Assembly: GCF_041248615.1 (NCBI RefSeq)
Contig: NZ_CP158426.1
Direction: 5' to 3' (one strand)
From: Escherichia coli
Lineage (GTDB): Bacteria > Pseudomonadota > Gammaproteobacteria > Enterobacterales > Enterobacteriaceae
DNA: 64,000 nucleotides
Below, piece after piece: positions 24,176 to 34,902 of this stretch (positions within the stretch are counted from its first letter, which is position 1; the number at the start of each line of letters is the position of its first letter). Below the pieces are notes generated by a model that did no database searches, was not told the DNA's origin, and saw only the letters and a program-made list of their open reading frames with translations. Position numbers and translations under genes: made by a program.

Positions 24176-24859
24176 ATGAAACTGTTGATTGTCGAAGATG
24201 AAAAGAAAACCGGAGAATACTTGACCAAAGGGTTAACCGAAGCCGGTTTTGTGGTCGATTTGGCCGACAACGGGCTGAATGGCTACCATCTGGCGATGAC
24301 CGGTGATTATGATCTGATAATCCTCGATATTATGCTGCCGGACGTGAACGGCTGGGATATCGTGCGCATGTTGCGTTCCGCCAATAAGGGGATGCCGATT
24401 CTGTTGCTTACCGCGCTTGGCACCATTGAACATCGCGTCAAGGGGCTGGAGTTGGGGGCGGATGACTATCTGGTGAAGCCGTTCGCTTTTGCTGAACTGC
24501 TGGCGCGGGTGCGCACTCTACTGCGGCGCGGGGCGGCGGTGATTATCGAAAGTCAGTTTCAGGTTGCCGATCTGATGGTCGATCTCGTCAGCCGCAAAGT
24601 CACCCGCAGCGGCACGCGCATCACTCTGACCAGTAAAGAATTTACTTTGCTGGAGTTTTTCCTCCGCCATCAGGGTGAAGTGCTGCCCCGCTCGCTTATC
24701 GCCTCGCAGGTGTGGGACATGAATTTCGACAGCGATACCAACGCCATTGATGTGGCGGTGAAGCGGCTGCGCGGCAAAATCGACAACGACTTTGAGCCAA
24801 AGCTGATTCAGACCGTGCGCGGCGTGGGTTACATGCTAGAGGTGCCGGATGGTCAGTAA
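24176..24859 (+). CDS. cusR: Copper-responsive OmpR-family response regulator
   Basis: 227 aa, receiver domain plus winged-helix. Confidence 0.97.
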
Positions 24860-26297
24860 GCCATTTCAGCGCCCGTTTTCGCTGGCAACCCGCCTGACCT
24901 TTTTTATCAGCCTCGCCACCATCGCGGCGTTTTTCGCCTTTGCATGGATCATGATCCACTCGGTAAAAGTGCATTTTGCCGAGCAGGATATTAATGATTT
25001 AAAAGAGATTAGCGCCACCCTTGAACGGGTACTTAATCACCCTGACGAAACGCAAGCCCGACGCTTAATGACGCTGGAAGATATCGTCAGTGGTTATTCC
25101 AATGTATTGATCTCCCTGGCAGATAGCCACGGTAAAACGGTGTATCACTCCCCCGGTGCGCCGGATATCCGCGAGTTTACGCGTGACGCCATACCCGATA
25201 AAGACGCGCGGGGCGGCGAGGTGTATCTCCTTTCCGGCCCGACGATGATGATGCCAGGCCACGGTCACGGGCATATGGAACACAGCAACTGGCGGATGAT
25301 TAGCTTGCCGGTTGGCCCACTGGTGGACGGCAAACCGATTTATACGCTCTACATTGCGCTTTCGATCGATTTTCATCTTCATTACATAAATGATTTGATG
25401 AATAAACTTGTAATGACCGCATCGATCATTAGCATCCTGATCGTCTTTATCGTGCTGTTGGCGGTACATAAAGGTCACGCGCCGATCCGCAGCGTCAGCC
25501 GTCAAATCCAGAATATCACCTCGAAAGATCTCGACGTTCGCCTTGACCCGCAGACCGTGCCCATTGAGCTGGAACAGCTGGTACTGTCGTTCAACCATAT
25601 GATCGAGCGTATTGAGGATGTCTTTACCCGCCAGTCCAATTTCTCAGCGGATATCGCTCACGAAATTCGCACGCCGATTACCAATCTCATCACGCAAACG
25701 GAAATCGCCCTCAGCCAGTCGCGCAGCCAGAAGGAGCTGGAAGATGTGCTCTACTCTAATCTCGAAGAGCTGACGCGAATGGCGAAAATGGTCAGCGATA
25801 TGCTGTTTCTCGCTCAGGCCGATAACAACCAGCTAATCCCCGAAAAGAAAATGCTCAACCTGGCGGATGAAGTCGGCAAAGTGTTCGATTTTTTCGAGGC
25901 GTTAGCGGAAGATCGCGGCGTGGAGTTGCGGTTTGTTGGCGACAAATGTCAGGTTGCGGGCGATCCGCTGATGCTGCGTCGGGCGTTAAGCAACCTGCTT
26001 TCTAATGCCCTGCGTTATACGCCACCCAGTGAGGCTATTGTAGTGCGCTGCCAGACGGTCGATCACCAGGTGCAAGTTTCCGTCGAAAACCCCGGTACGC
26101 CCATTGCGCCCGAGCACTTACCGCGATTGTTTGACCGTTTCTACCGCGTTGACCCCTCCCGCCAGCGAAAAGGCGAAGGTAGCGGTATTGGGCTGGCGAT
26201 AGTGAAATCGATTGTTGTCGCGCATAAAGGCACGGTTGCAGTAACGTCAGATGCTCGGGGGACAAGGTTTGTGATTATGCTGCCGGAGAGAGAGTGA
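24849..26297 (+). CDS. cusS: Copper/silver sensor histidine kinase
   Basis: 482 aa, two TM helices, H-box [12 protein letters not shown], ATPase domain; overlaps cusR stop. Confidence 0.95.
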
Positions 26298-27033
26298 TTA
26301 TTAAGTTCAAATTCAGGGCGTGGTGCATCACCTCCTGGTATTGTTGATCAACAAATTAGAGAAAAACTTATTAAACATATGAAATATCGAAGGCTTTTAT
26401 TTTTCAAAGTTTCACGAGATGTTTGTATATGAAACTTAGTTAAATCTGTGTTTCTTCCAATTGTAGATCACAATGCCCTTTCTAAATTTTCATCGTTATA
26501 AACAAGCCATCTATCATATAAAGCAATGAATAATTTAATCGCGATTAATCATCATTAATTGTTATATTATTCACTCAATCTATTTATCAAGTGAATTTGA
26601 TAAATTCCTAATTTAAAATATCCACTATTGAGCCAGTATTTAACAACGTTAAGATGTGCAATGTGCAGATCATGTTATCAGGGTGGAGCGGTAGCATATA
26701 TTTCTTATGCAATCATTCATTTTAATAATGTTAATTGGATTATTTATTGCTGTGAATAAAAATATATTATGAATATTGGTTTAACTTTGCGTTTTTGTTA
26801 CTCGTTGTGATATGCGTACCTGTCCTGAATAACGCCAAGAAACAAGAGGTTGAGCTTGTGATTATTTTTTTGACTGAACAGACACCCGTTTCTGTAAAGT
26901 AATATTTAAACAAAATTCTCACATAACCATAGCATTTTCTGTTCCTTCCCTAATAACGTCTGAAGTCGTCCCGCTTATCACATTATCCGCAGTTGTACGG
27001 TACGGATCATTATTCATTTTACTGGAGGTTGCT
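26298..27033. promoter_or_regulatory. AT-rich, ORF-free leader (about 735 bp) upstream of vgrG; left edge of the Rhs island
   Basis: Markedly AT-rich, no ORF of 60 aa or more in any frame. Confidence 0.3.
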
Positions 27034-28935
27034 ATGTCAACCGGATTACGTTTCACACTGGAAGTGGACGGCCTGCCGCCGGATGCTTTTGCGGTGGTTT
27101 CCTTTCATCTGAACCAGTCACTCTCTTCGCTCTTTTCCCTCGATCTCTCCCTGGTCAGCCAGCAGTTTCTCTCCCTTGAATTTGCGCAGGTGCTGGACAA
27201 AATGGCCTACCTGACGGTATGGCAGGGCGATGACGTACAGCGCCGGGTGAAAGGCGTGGTGACCTGGTTTGAACTCGGGGAGAACGACAAAAACCAGATG
27301 CTGTACAGCATGAAGGTGCACCCGCCGCTGTGGCGTGCCGGTCTGCGCCAGAACTTCCGTATCTTCCAGAACGAGGACATCAAAAGCATCCTCGGCACGA
27401 TGTTGCAGGAAAACGGGGTGACCGAATGGAGTCCGCTGTTCAGCGAGCCGCATCCTTCCCGTGAGTTTTGTGTCCAGTACGGTGAGACTGATTACGATTT
27501 CCTGTGCCGGATGGCGGCGGAGGAAGGCATCTTCTTTTATGAGGAGCATGCTTACAAAAGTACCGACCAGAGCCTGGTGCTGTGCGACACAGTCCGCCAT
27601 CTGCCCGAATCTTTTGAAATCCCATGGAACCCGAACACCCGTACCGAGGTGAGCACCCTCTGCATCAGCCAGTTCCGCTACAGCGCACAAATCCGCCCTT
27701 CTTCCGTGGTGACCAAAGACTACACCTTTAAACGCCCCGGCTGGGCCGGACGTTTTGAACAGGAAGGCCAGCACCAGGACTACCAGCGCACGCAGTATGA
27801 AGTGTATGACTACCCCGGACGTTTCAAGGGTGCCCACGGGCAGAACTTTGCCCGCTGGCAGATGGACGGCTGGCGAAACAATGCAGAAACCGCGCGGGGA
27901 ATGAGTCGCTCGCCGGAGATATGGCCGGGACGACGAATTGTGCTGACGGGGCATCCGCAGGCGAACCTGAACCGGGAATGGCAGGTGGTGGCAAGTGAAC
28001 TGCACGGCGAACAGCCACAGGCGGTGCCAGGACGGCAGGGAGCGGGGACGGCGCTGGAGAACCATTTTGCGGTGATCCCGGCAGACAGAACATGGCGACC
28101 ACAGCCGTTGCTGAAACCGCTGGTCGACGGCCCGCAGAGCGCTGTCGTGACAGGACCGGCAGGCGAGGAAATCTTCTGCGACGAACATGGTCGCGTGCGG
28201 GTGAAGTTCAACTGGGACCGCTATAACCCGTCAAACCAGGACAGTTCGTGCTGGATCCGTGTGGCACAGGCGTGGGCAGGCACCGGTTTTGGCCACCTGG
28301 CGATACCGCGTGTGGGTCAGGAGGTGATTGTAGACTTCCTCAACGGCGATCCGGACCAGCCGATCATTATGGGGCGCACCTACCACCAGGAAAACCGCAC
28401 CCCCGGCAGCCTGCCGGGAACAAAGACGCAGATGACCATCCGCTCCAAAACGTACATGGGCAGCGGATTTAATGAGCTGAAGTTTGATGATGCGACAGGG
28501 AGAGAACAGGTCTACATCCACGCGCAGAAGAACATGGATACCGAAGTGCTCAACGACCGTACCACCACCGTAAAACACGATCACCACGAAACCGTAAAAA
28601 ATGACCAGACGGTCACGATCCAGGAAGGTAACCGCCTTCTTACGGTGGAAAAAGGCCACAAGATCACCGGAGTACTGAAAGGGTCTTTATCTGAGGATGT
28701 CTTTCAGGACAGAGGCACGATTGCCGGTTCGGTGCATGTTGACGCTGTAAACAATGGTGGCGAAGGCGACGGTATACAGGCTTATACGGCGATTAAGGAA
28801 ATTTTGCTGGCCGTGGAGGAAAGCAAAATTGCGCTGACGCCGGATGGCATTCAGCTACAGGTCGGGGAATCGACGGTAATCAGGCTGTCGAAGGATGGCA
28901 TCACCATCGTGGGCGGTTCTGTTTTCATCAACTGA
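27034..28935 (+). CDS. vgrG: VgrG spike protein (type VI secretion; Rhs-associated Vgr)
   Basis: 633 aa, gp27/gp5-like VgrG sequence directly upstream of Eag-like and PAAR-Rhs genes. Confidence 0.9.
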   Translation: MSTGLRFTLEVDGLPPDAFAVVSFHLNQSLSSLFSLDLSLVSQQFLSLEFAQVLDKMAYLTVWQGDDVQRRVKGVVTWFELGENDKNQMLYSMKVHPPLWRAGLRQNFRIFQNEDIKSILGTMLQENGVTEWSPLFSEPHPSREFCVQYGETDYDFLCRMAAEEGIFFYEEHAYKSTDQSLVLCDTVRHLPESFEIPWNPNTRTEVSTLCISQFRYSAQIRPSSVVTKDYTFKRPGWAGRFEQEGQHQDYQRTQYEVYDYPGRFKGAHGQNFARWQMDGWRNNAETARGMSRSPEIWPGRRIVLTGHPQANLNREWQVVASELHGEQPQAVPGRQGAGTALENHFAVIPADRTWRPQPLLKPLVDGPQSAVVTGPAGEEIFCDEHGRVRVKFNWDRYNPSNQDSSCWIRVAQAWAGTGFGHLAIPRVGQEVIVDFLNGDPDQPIIMGRTYHQENRTPGSLPGTKTQMTIRSKTYMGSGFNELKFDDATGREQVYIHAQKNMDTEVLNDRTTTVKHDHHETVKNDQTVTIQEGNRLLTVEKGHKITGVLKGSLSEDVFQDRGTIAGSVHVDAVNNGGEGDGIQAYTAIKEILLAVEESKIALTPDGIQLQVGESTVIRLSKDGITIVGGSVFIN

Positions 28936-28962
28936 TTCACTCAGATTATCAGGGAGTATTTT

Positions 28963-29424
28963 ATGCAGTTCACTTTTAATGAAGGCCACATTCAACTGCC
29001 GTCTCAATGGCAGGATCAGTCAATGCAGGTCCTGGTGTCCACAGATAACAGTGGCATCAACCTGGTCATTACCCGCGAAGCCGTTCCACAGGGAACCCTG
29101 ACACCAGAGCTGTACCAGGAAACGCTGGCGCTGTACCAGGGCAAACTTGATGGGTACACCGAACATGCCTGCCGGGAAATCACTCTGGCAGAGGCCCCGG
29201 CCTGGCTGCTGGATTATTCCTGGAACGGTCCGGAAGATGAGGGGAATCAGGGGCGGATTAGCCAGATAGCCGTATTCCAGCGGCGTGGAGATACGCTGCT
29301 GACCTTCACTTTCAGCACCTCCTTATCCCTGAAGAACAGTCAAAAGACGATGCTGCTGGAGGTGATAAAGAGCTTCACCCCGTTGCCACCGGAGAATGAC
29401 ATCCAAAAGGACCAGCCGCGCTGA
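28963..29424 (+). CDS. DUF1795 (Eag-family) effector-associated chaperone
   Basis: 153 aa small protein immediately upstream of a prePAAR-Rhs effector; position and size typical of Eag chaperones. Confidence 0.7.
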   Translation: MQFTFNEGHIQLPSQWQDQSMQVLVSTDNSGINLVITREAVPQGTLTPELYQETLALYQGKLDGYTEHACREITLAEAPAWLLDYSWNGPEDEGNQGRISQIAVFQRRGDTLLTFTFSTSLSLKNSQKTMLLEVIKSFTPLPPENDIQKDQPR

Positions 29425-29443
29425 CATAAACGAGGGATAACAC

Positions 29444-32400
29444 ATGAGTGAAGGACCAGGCGGGCCACAGGGAGCGACCGCAGGCGGTACGCTGGCAATG
29501 CGAATGCTGTCACAGCAGGCGATGGTCGCCAGCCAGATGAAACGGGCAGCCAACGACAAAGCCATTGCACAGATGCTGGCATCAAAAAAGTCCGGCCCCC
29601 CCGCCGCCAGGCTGGGCGATGAAATTCAGCACAAGAGTTTTTTGGGGGCGCTGGCAGGGGCCGTGCTGGGGGCGATAGTGACCATCGCAGAAGGTTGCCT
29701 GATTATGGCCGCCTGTGCCACCGGCCCTTATGCGCTGGTTCTGGTGCCTGCGCTGATGTATGCCAGCTATAAGGCGAGTGATTATGTGGAGGAGAAACAG
29801 AACCAGCTTGAATCATGGATAAACAGCTTTTGTGACACGGACGGCGCCATCAATACCGGTTCTGAAAATGTAAACATTAACGGAAAGCCCGCTGCCAGGG
29901 CCGCCGTCACCCTTCCCCCTCCTCCCCCACCTGGAGCAATACCTGAAATCCCACAGGGGGAACCCTCATGGGGTGATATTGCCACTGACCTGCTTGAATC
30001 GGCAGCGGAAAAAGCAGTACCACTGGCGAAGGCCTGGGGGAACGCTGTTATCACCCTGACGGACAGCAATGCCGGTTTTATGGATCGCGTCAGCGCCGGC
30101 GCATCGCTTCTGTTTCCCGCCGGTCCGGTATTAATGGAGTTTGCCACCATGGTGGGCGGGCGTGGCGAAATCAAAAAAGACGTGGATTTCCCGGAAGCCG
30201 GTGAGGACACGGCGCTCTGCGACAAGGAGAACAAACCGCCGAGGATAGCCCAGGGCAGCAGCAACGTCTTTATCAACAATCAGCCTGCTGCACGCAAGGG
30301 GGACAAACTGGAGTGCAGTGCGGCAATCGTGGAAGGTTCGCCGGACGTCTTTATTGGGGGTGAGCAGGTCACCTATCTGGATATCCAGCCGGAGTTCCCG
30401 CCGTGGCAGAGAATGATCCTGGGGGGAATAACGATAGCCAGCTATCTTCTGCCGCCAGCGGGACTGCTGGGAAAACTGAAGAATCTGGCGAGACTCGGCA
30501 AACTGGGAAACCTGCTGGGGAAAAGCGGGAAGCTGCTGGGGGCAAAGCTCGGCGCGTTGCTGGGGAAAACAGGTAAGTCGTTAAAAAGTATTGCCAATAA
30601 AGTCATCAGATGGGTAACAGATCCTGTCGATCCGGTAACCGGCGCATACTGCGACGAACGTACCGACTTTACGCTGGGCCAGACACTCCCCCTCTCCTTC
30701 ACCCGTTTCCACAGTTCTGTACTGCCACTGCATGGCCTGACGGGCGTGGGCTGGAGCGACTCCTGGAGCGAATACGCCTGGGTGCGTGAACAGGGAAACC
30801 GGGTGGATATCATCAGCCAGGGAACCACGCTGAGATTTGCCTTCGACGGTGACAGTGATACGGCGGTTAACCCGTATCACGCCCAGTACATTCTGCGCCG
30901 CCGCGATGATTACCTGGAGCTGTTCGACAGGGATGCACTGAGCAGCCGCTTCTTTTATGACGCCTTTCCGGGAATGCGTCTGCGCCACCCGGTGACTGAC
31001 GATACCAGCGATGACCGTCTGGCACACAGCCCCGCAGACCGGATGTACATGCTGGGCGGGATGAGCGACACCGCCAGCAACCGCATCACGTTTGAGCGCG
31101 ACAGCCAGTACCGGATCACAGGTGTCAGTCACACTGACGGGATCCGGCTTAAACTGACGTACCACGCCAGCGGCTACCTGAAAGCCATTCACCGCACGGA
31201 TAACGGCATACAGACGCTGGCGACCTACGAACAGGATGCGCGGGGGCGGCTGACAGAAGCGGATGCGCGGCTGGACTACCACCTGTTTTATGAGTACGAC
31301 GCTGCGGACCGGATCATCCGCTGGTCCGATAACGACCAGACGTGGAGCCGTTTCACCTACGATGAACAGGGCCGGTGCGTGAATGTCACCGGGGCGGAGG
31401 GCTATTACAACGCCACGCTGGACTATGGTGACGGCTGCACCACCGTGACGGACGGCAAGGGCATTCACCGTTATTACTATGATCCTGACGGCAATATTCT
31501 GCGGGAAGCAGCGCCGGACGGCAGCACCACCATGTATGAATGGGATGAATTCCATCACCTGCTGGCCCGTCACTCCCCTGCCGGGCGGGTGGAGAAATTT
31601 GAATACAACGCCGCACACGGTCAGTTAAGCCGTTACACGGCGGCAGACGGCGCGGAGTGGCAGTACCGCTATGATGAGCGCGGCCTGCTCAGCAACATCA
31701 CCGACCCTGCCGGGCAGACGTGGACACAGCAGTGTGATGAACGCGGCCTGCCGGTAAGTCTGGTGTCGCCACAGGGCGAAGAGACCCGGCTGGCATACAC
31801 CGCTCAGGGGCTGCTGTCGGGAATATTCCGCCAGGATGAACGGCGTCTGGGCATAGAGTACGACCACCACAACCGGCCGGAAACACTCACCGACGTGATG
31901 GGCCGCGAACACCACACCGAATACAGTGGTCACGACCTGCCGGTGAAGATGCGCGGCCCCGGCGGTCAGTCAGTGCGCTTACAGTGGCAGCAGCACCATA
32001 AACTGAGTGGCCTTGAGCGCACTGGCACCGGCGCGGAAGGATTCCGCTACGACCGCCACGGCAACCTGCTGGCCTGGACGGACGGTAACGGTGTTGTCTG
32101 GACAATGGAATACGGCCCGTTTGATTTGCCGGTGGCGCGAACGGACGGTGAAGGCCACCGCTGGCAGTACCGCTACGATAAAGACACGCTGCAACTGACA
32201 GAAGTCATTAACCCGCAGGGTGAGTCATATCTTTATGTTCTGGATAACTGCGGCCGGGTGACGGAAGAGCATGACTGGGGCGGCGTGGTCTGGCGTTACC
32301 GCTATGACGCCGATGGCCTGTGTACCGCCAGGGTCAACGGCCTGGAGGAAACCATCCTCTACAGCCGGGACGCCGCAGGCCGCCTGGCAGAAGTCATCAC

Positions 32401-34303
32401 GCCGGAAGGCAAAACGCAGTATGCCTATGACAAATCCGGCAGGCTGACGGGTATCTTCAGCCCGGACGGCACATCACAGCGCACCGGCTATGACGAACGC
32501 GGGCGGGTGAATGTCACCACTCAGGGCCGACGGGCCATTGAATACCACTACCCCGACGAACACACCGTCATCCGCTGTATCCTGCCACCGGAAGATGAAC
32601 GCGACAGACACCCCGGTGAATCCCTGCTGAAAACCACGTACCGCTACAACGCCGCCGGAGAACTGACGGAGGTCATTCTGCCGGGGGATGAGACGCTGAC
32701 GTTCAGCCGTGATGAGGCAGGACGTGAAGTGCTCCGGCACAGTAACCGGGGTTTTGCCTGTGAACAGGGCTGGAATGCAGCCGGTCAGCCTGTCAGTCAG
32801 CGCGCCGGACTTTTCCCGGCAGAAGCCACATGGGGCGGGCTGCTCCCCTCACGGGTACGGGAGTACCGTTACGACAGCGCGGGTAATGTGTCAGGCGTCA
32901 CCAGCCGGGAAGATTACGGACGGGAAACACGGCGGGAATACCGGCTGGACCGGAACGGCCAGGTCACGGCGGTGACAGCCTCAGGCACCGGGCTGGGCTA
33001 TGGCGAAGGCGATGAGTCCTATGGCTATGACAGCTGCGGCTACCTGAAGGCGCAGTCTGCGGGCTGGCACCGGATAAGTGAAGAGACTGACCAGTATGCC
33101 GGAGGCCACCGGCTGAAACAGGCCGGAAACACGCAGTATGACTATGACGCCGCAGGCCGGATGGTCAGCCGCACCAGACACCGTGACGGCTATCGCCCGG
33201 AAACAGAGCGGTTCCGGTGGGACAGCCGTGACCAGCTGACCGGGTATTGCAGCGCACAGGGTGAGCAGTGGGAATACCGCCACGACGCCAGCGGCAGACG
33301 AACAGAGAAACGCTGCGACCGGAAGAAAATCCGCATCACGTACCTGTGGGACGGCGACAGTATTGCGGAAATCCGGGAATACCGCGATGATAAACTGTAC
33401 AGCGTACGGCACCTGGTGTTTAACGGCTTTGAGCTGATAAGCCAGCAGTTCAGCCGGGTACGGCAGGCGCATCCGTCGGTGGCCCCGCAGTGGGTGACAC
33501 GGACGAATCATGCGGTGAGCGACCTGACGGGCCGTCCGCTGATGCTCTTTAACAGTGAAGGTAAAACCGTCTGGCGACCGGGACAGACCAGCCTGTGGGG
33601 GCTGGCACTCAGCCTGCCCGCGGACACCGGCTACCCGGACCCGCGCGGGGAGCTGGACGCGGAAGCCGCCCCCGGCCTGCTGTATGCGGGACAGTGGCAG
33701 GATGCGGAATCGGGGCTGTGCTATAACCGGTTCCGGTACTACGAGCCGGAAACCGGGATGTACCTGGTGAGTGATCCGCTGGGGTTGCAGGGAGGGGAAC
33801 AGACTTACCGGTATGTGCCTAATCCGTGTGGGTATGTTGATCCGCTGGGGCTGGCAAAAACTTCTGTTCCCGTATCAATAGTAGAACCAAAAAAAATCAC
33901 TGGTAACTTTAAAACAATTCGAGAAAAATTAAGGCTTGCCAGGAATGGTGATGTTTCTGCACAAGCCGAAATTGCATACGCAAAATATATGCGTAGTTTG
34001 GGAAAGGATGTGCATTTCAATACACCTCCGAATCGCTCAGTATCAATGGCAGATTTTACAATTGATGGAATCCAGGTTGATACAAAATTATTGAGTGGTA
34101 TAGGCGGAAATGCTGCAAAAAATGTTAACAAGGGAGTTGGCCAGGTGGGAGATAATGGTATCGTCCTGGTAATTAGAAATTCTAATTCCAAAAATACACT
34201 TGAGGAATTTCATGAATTCTTTGGAAACTTCAAACCTAATAATTCAACAGTTCGAGTTGAAGTGATTGATCAATCCGTTTTAGAACCTTTTTGGAGATTT
34301 TAA
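29444..34303 (+). CDS. rhs: prePAAR/PAAR-Rhs polymorphic toxin (full length) with variable C-terminal toxin domain CT1
   Basis: 1619 aa; prePAAR motif AARLGDEIQH (29603-29632), two TM helices, PAAR-like region, many YD repeats, demarcation PxxxxDPxGL (PCGYVDPLGL), then AT-rich 149-aa CT. Confidence 0.95.
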   Translation: MSEGPGGPQGATAGGTLAMRMLSQQAMVASQMKRAANDKAIAQMLASKKSGPPAARLGDEIQHKSFLGALAGAVLGAIVTIAEGCLIMAACATGPYALVLVPALMYASYKASDYVEEKQNQLESWINSFCDTDGAINTGSENVNINGKPAARAAVTLPPPPPPGAIPEIPQGEPSWGDIATDLLESAAEKAVPLAKAWGNAVITLTDSNAGFMDRVSAGASLLFPAGPVLMEFATMVGGRGEIKKDVDFPEAGEDTALCDKENKPPRIAQGSSNVFINNQPAARKGDKLECSAAIVEGSPDVFIGGEQVTYLDIQPEFPPWQRMILGGITIASYLLPPAGLLGKLKNLARLGKLGNLLGKSGKLLGAKLGALLGKTGKSLKSIANKVIRWVTDPVDPVTGAYCDERTDFTLGQTLPLSFTRFHSSVLPLHGLTGVGWSDSWSEYAWVREQGNRVDIISQGTTLRFAFDGDSDTAVNPYHAQYILRRRDDYLELFDRDALSSRFFYDAFPGMRLRHPVTDDTSDDRLAHSPADRMYMLGGMSDTASNRITFERDSQYRITGVSHTDGIRLKLTYHASGYLKAIHRTDNGIQTLATYEQDARGRLTEADARLDYHLFYEYDAADRIIRWSDNDQTWSRFTYDEQGRCVNVTGAEGYYNATLDYGDGCTTVTDGKGIHRYYYDPDGNILREAAPDGSTTMYEWDEFHHLLARHSPAGRVEKFEYNAAHGQLSRYTAADGAEWQYRYDERGLLSNITDPAGQTWTQQCDERGLPVSLVSPQGEETRLAYTAQGLLSGIFRQDERRLGIEYDHHNRPETLTDVMGREHHTEYSGHDLPVKMRGPGGQSVRLQWQQHHKLSGLERTGTGAEGFRYDRHGNLLAWTDGNGVVWTMEYGPFDLPVARTDGEGHRWQYRYDKDTLQLTEVINPQGESYLYVLDNCGRVTEEHDWGGVVWRYRYDADGLCTARVNGLEETILYSRDAAGRLAEVITPEGKTQYAYDKSGRLTGIFSPDGTSQRTGYDERGRVNVTTQGRRAIEYHYPDEHTVIRCILPPEDERDRHPGESLLKTTYRYNAAGELTEVILPGDETLTFSRDEAGREVLRHSNRGFACEQGWNAAGQPVSQRAGLFPAEATWGGLLPSRVREYRYDSAGNVSGVTSREDYGRETRREYRLDRNGQVTAVTASGTGLGYGEGDESYGYDSCGYLKAQSAGWHRISEETDQYAGGHRLKQAGNTQYDYDAAGRMVSRTRHRDGYRPETERFRWDSRDQLTGYCSAQGEQWEYRHDASGRRTEKRCDRKKIRITYLWDGDSIAEIREYRDDKLYSVRHLVFNGFELISQQFSRVRQAHPSVAPQWVTRTNHAVSDLTGRPLMLFNSEGKTVWRPGQTSLWGLALSLPADTGYPDPRGELDAEAAPGLLYAGQWQDAESGLCYNRFRYYEPETGMYLVSDPLGLQGGEQTYRYVPNPCGYVDPLGLAKTSVPVSIVEPKKITGNFKTIREKLRLARNGDVSAQAEIAYAKYMRSLGKDVHFNTPPNRSVSMADFTIDGIQVDTKLLSGIGGNAAKNVNKGVGQVGDNGIVLVIRNSNSKNTLEEFHEFFGNFKPNNSTVRVEVIDQSVLEPFWRF

Positions 34304-34307
34304 AAAT

Positions 34308-34784
34308 ATGATCACCAAATCAAGTATACTCATAGAGTATAAAGATAAAAGTAAACTAACCGAAAGTATTTATAAGTTTGTAAATGCTCTAGATATTGAC
34401 TTTTCGATATTAAAATATGACTACTTTGATGTAAATGAGTATAAAAAAAATATTACTTATGACACATCTTTTATTGACAAAGATGCAGAATATATTGAAT
34501 TATTAGCGAAGATTGATTTTTCTTATGAAGTTGATTTCGGCACATCAACAACATCGATTGAAAGCAAGTATCTTCCATCTCTAACTGATTTCATCGCTCA
34601 ATCACTATCACAACAATTAAATTGTAACATAATAACCAGCTTTAAACCATTAAGTGGAGATGAGTTTTGCCCAATAACATATTTTTCAAAAGGTAAAGAA
34701 GTTATCAATTTTACGACATTTAATTCAAATTGTTGGGATGGGGTATACTGGGTAAAAAAAAGGAGGCAAACAAATATCCGCTAA
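34308..34784 (+). CDS. Putative cognate immunity protein for Rhs CT1
   Basis: 158 aa, AT-rich ORF 5 nt after the rhs stop, in the usual immunity position. Confidence 0.6.
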   Translation: MITKSSILIEYKDKSKLTESIYKFVNALDIDFSILKYDYFDVNEYKKNITYDTSFIDKDAEYIELLAKIDFSYEVDFGTSTTSIESKYLPSLTDFIAQSLSQQLNCNIITSFKPLSGDEFCPITYFSKGKEVINFTTFNSNCWDGVYWVKKRRQTNIR

Positions 34785-34902
34785 CGTAGTTTTTCAATAG
34801 CTACACCATGTCACGTAACATGATGCCTGGATATTAACAGAAAGACAGAAGTGGACTCAGCGGTGAGATGAACGCAGCCTGAGTCTGAAGTACGACCTGC
34901 CG

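Noticed and set aside
27118-28188. 356-aa minus-strand ORF antisense to vgrG
   Set aside because: Entirely within the vgrG coding sequence on the opposite strand; composition typical of a spurious antisense ORF.
30581-31618. 345-aa minus-strand ORF and other antisense ORFs within the rhs core (also 32981-33511, 35941-36471)
   Set aside because: Antisense to the GC-rich YD-repeat core of rhs; recur identically in the orphan copy only because the DNA is duplicated.
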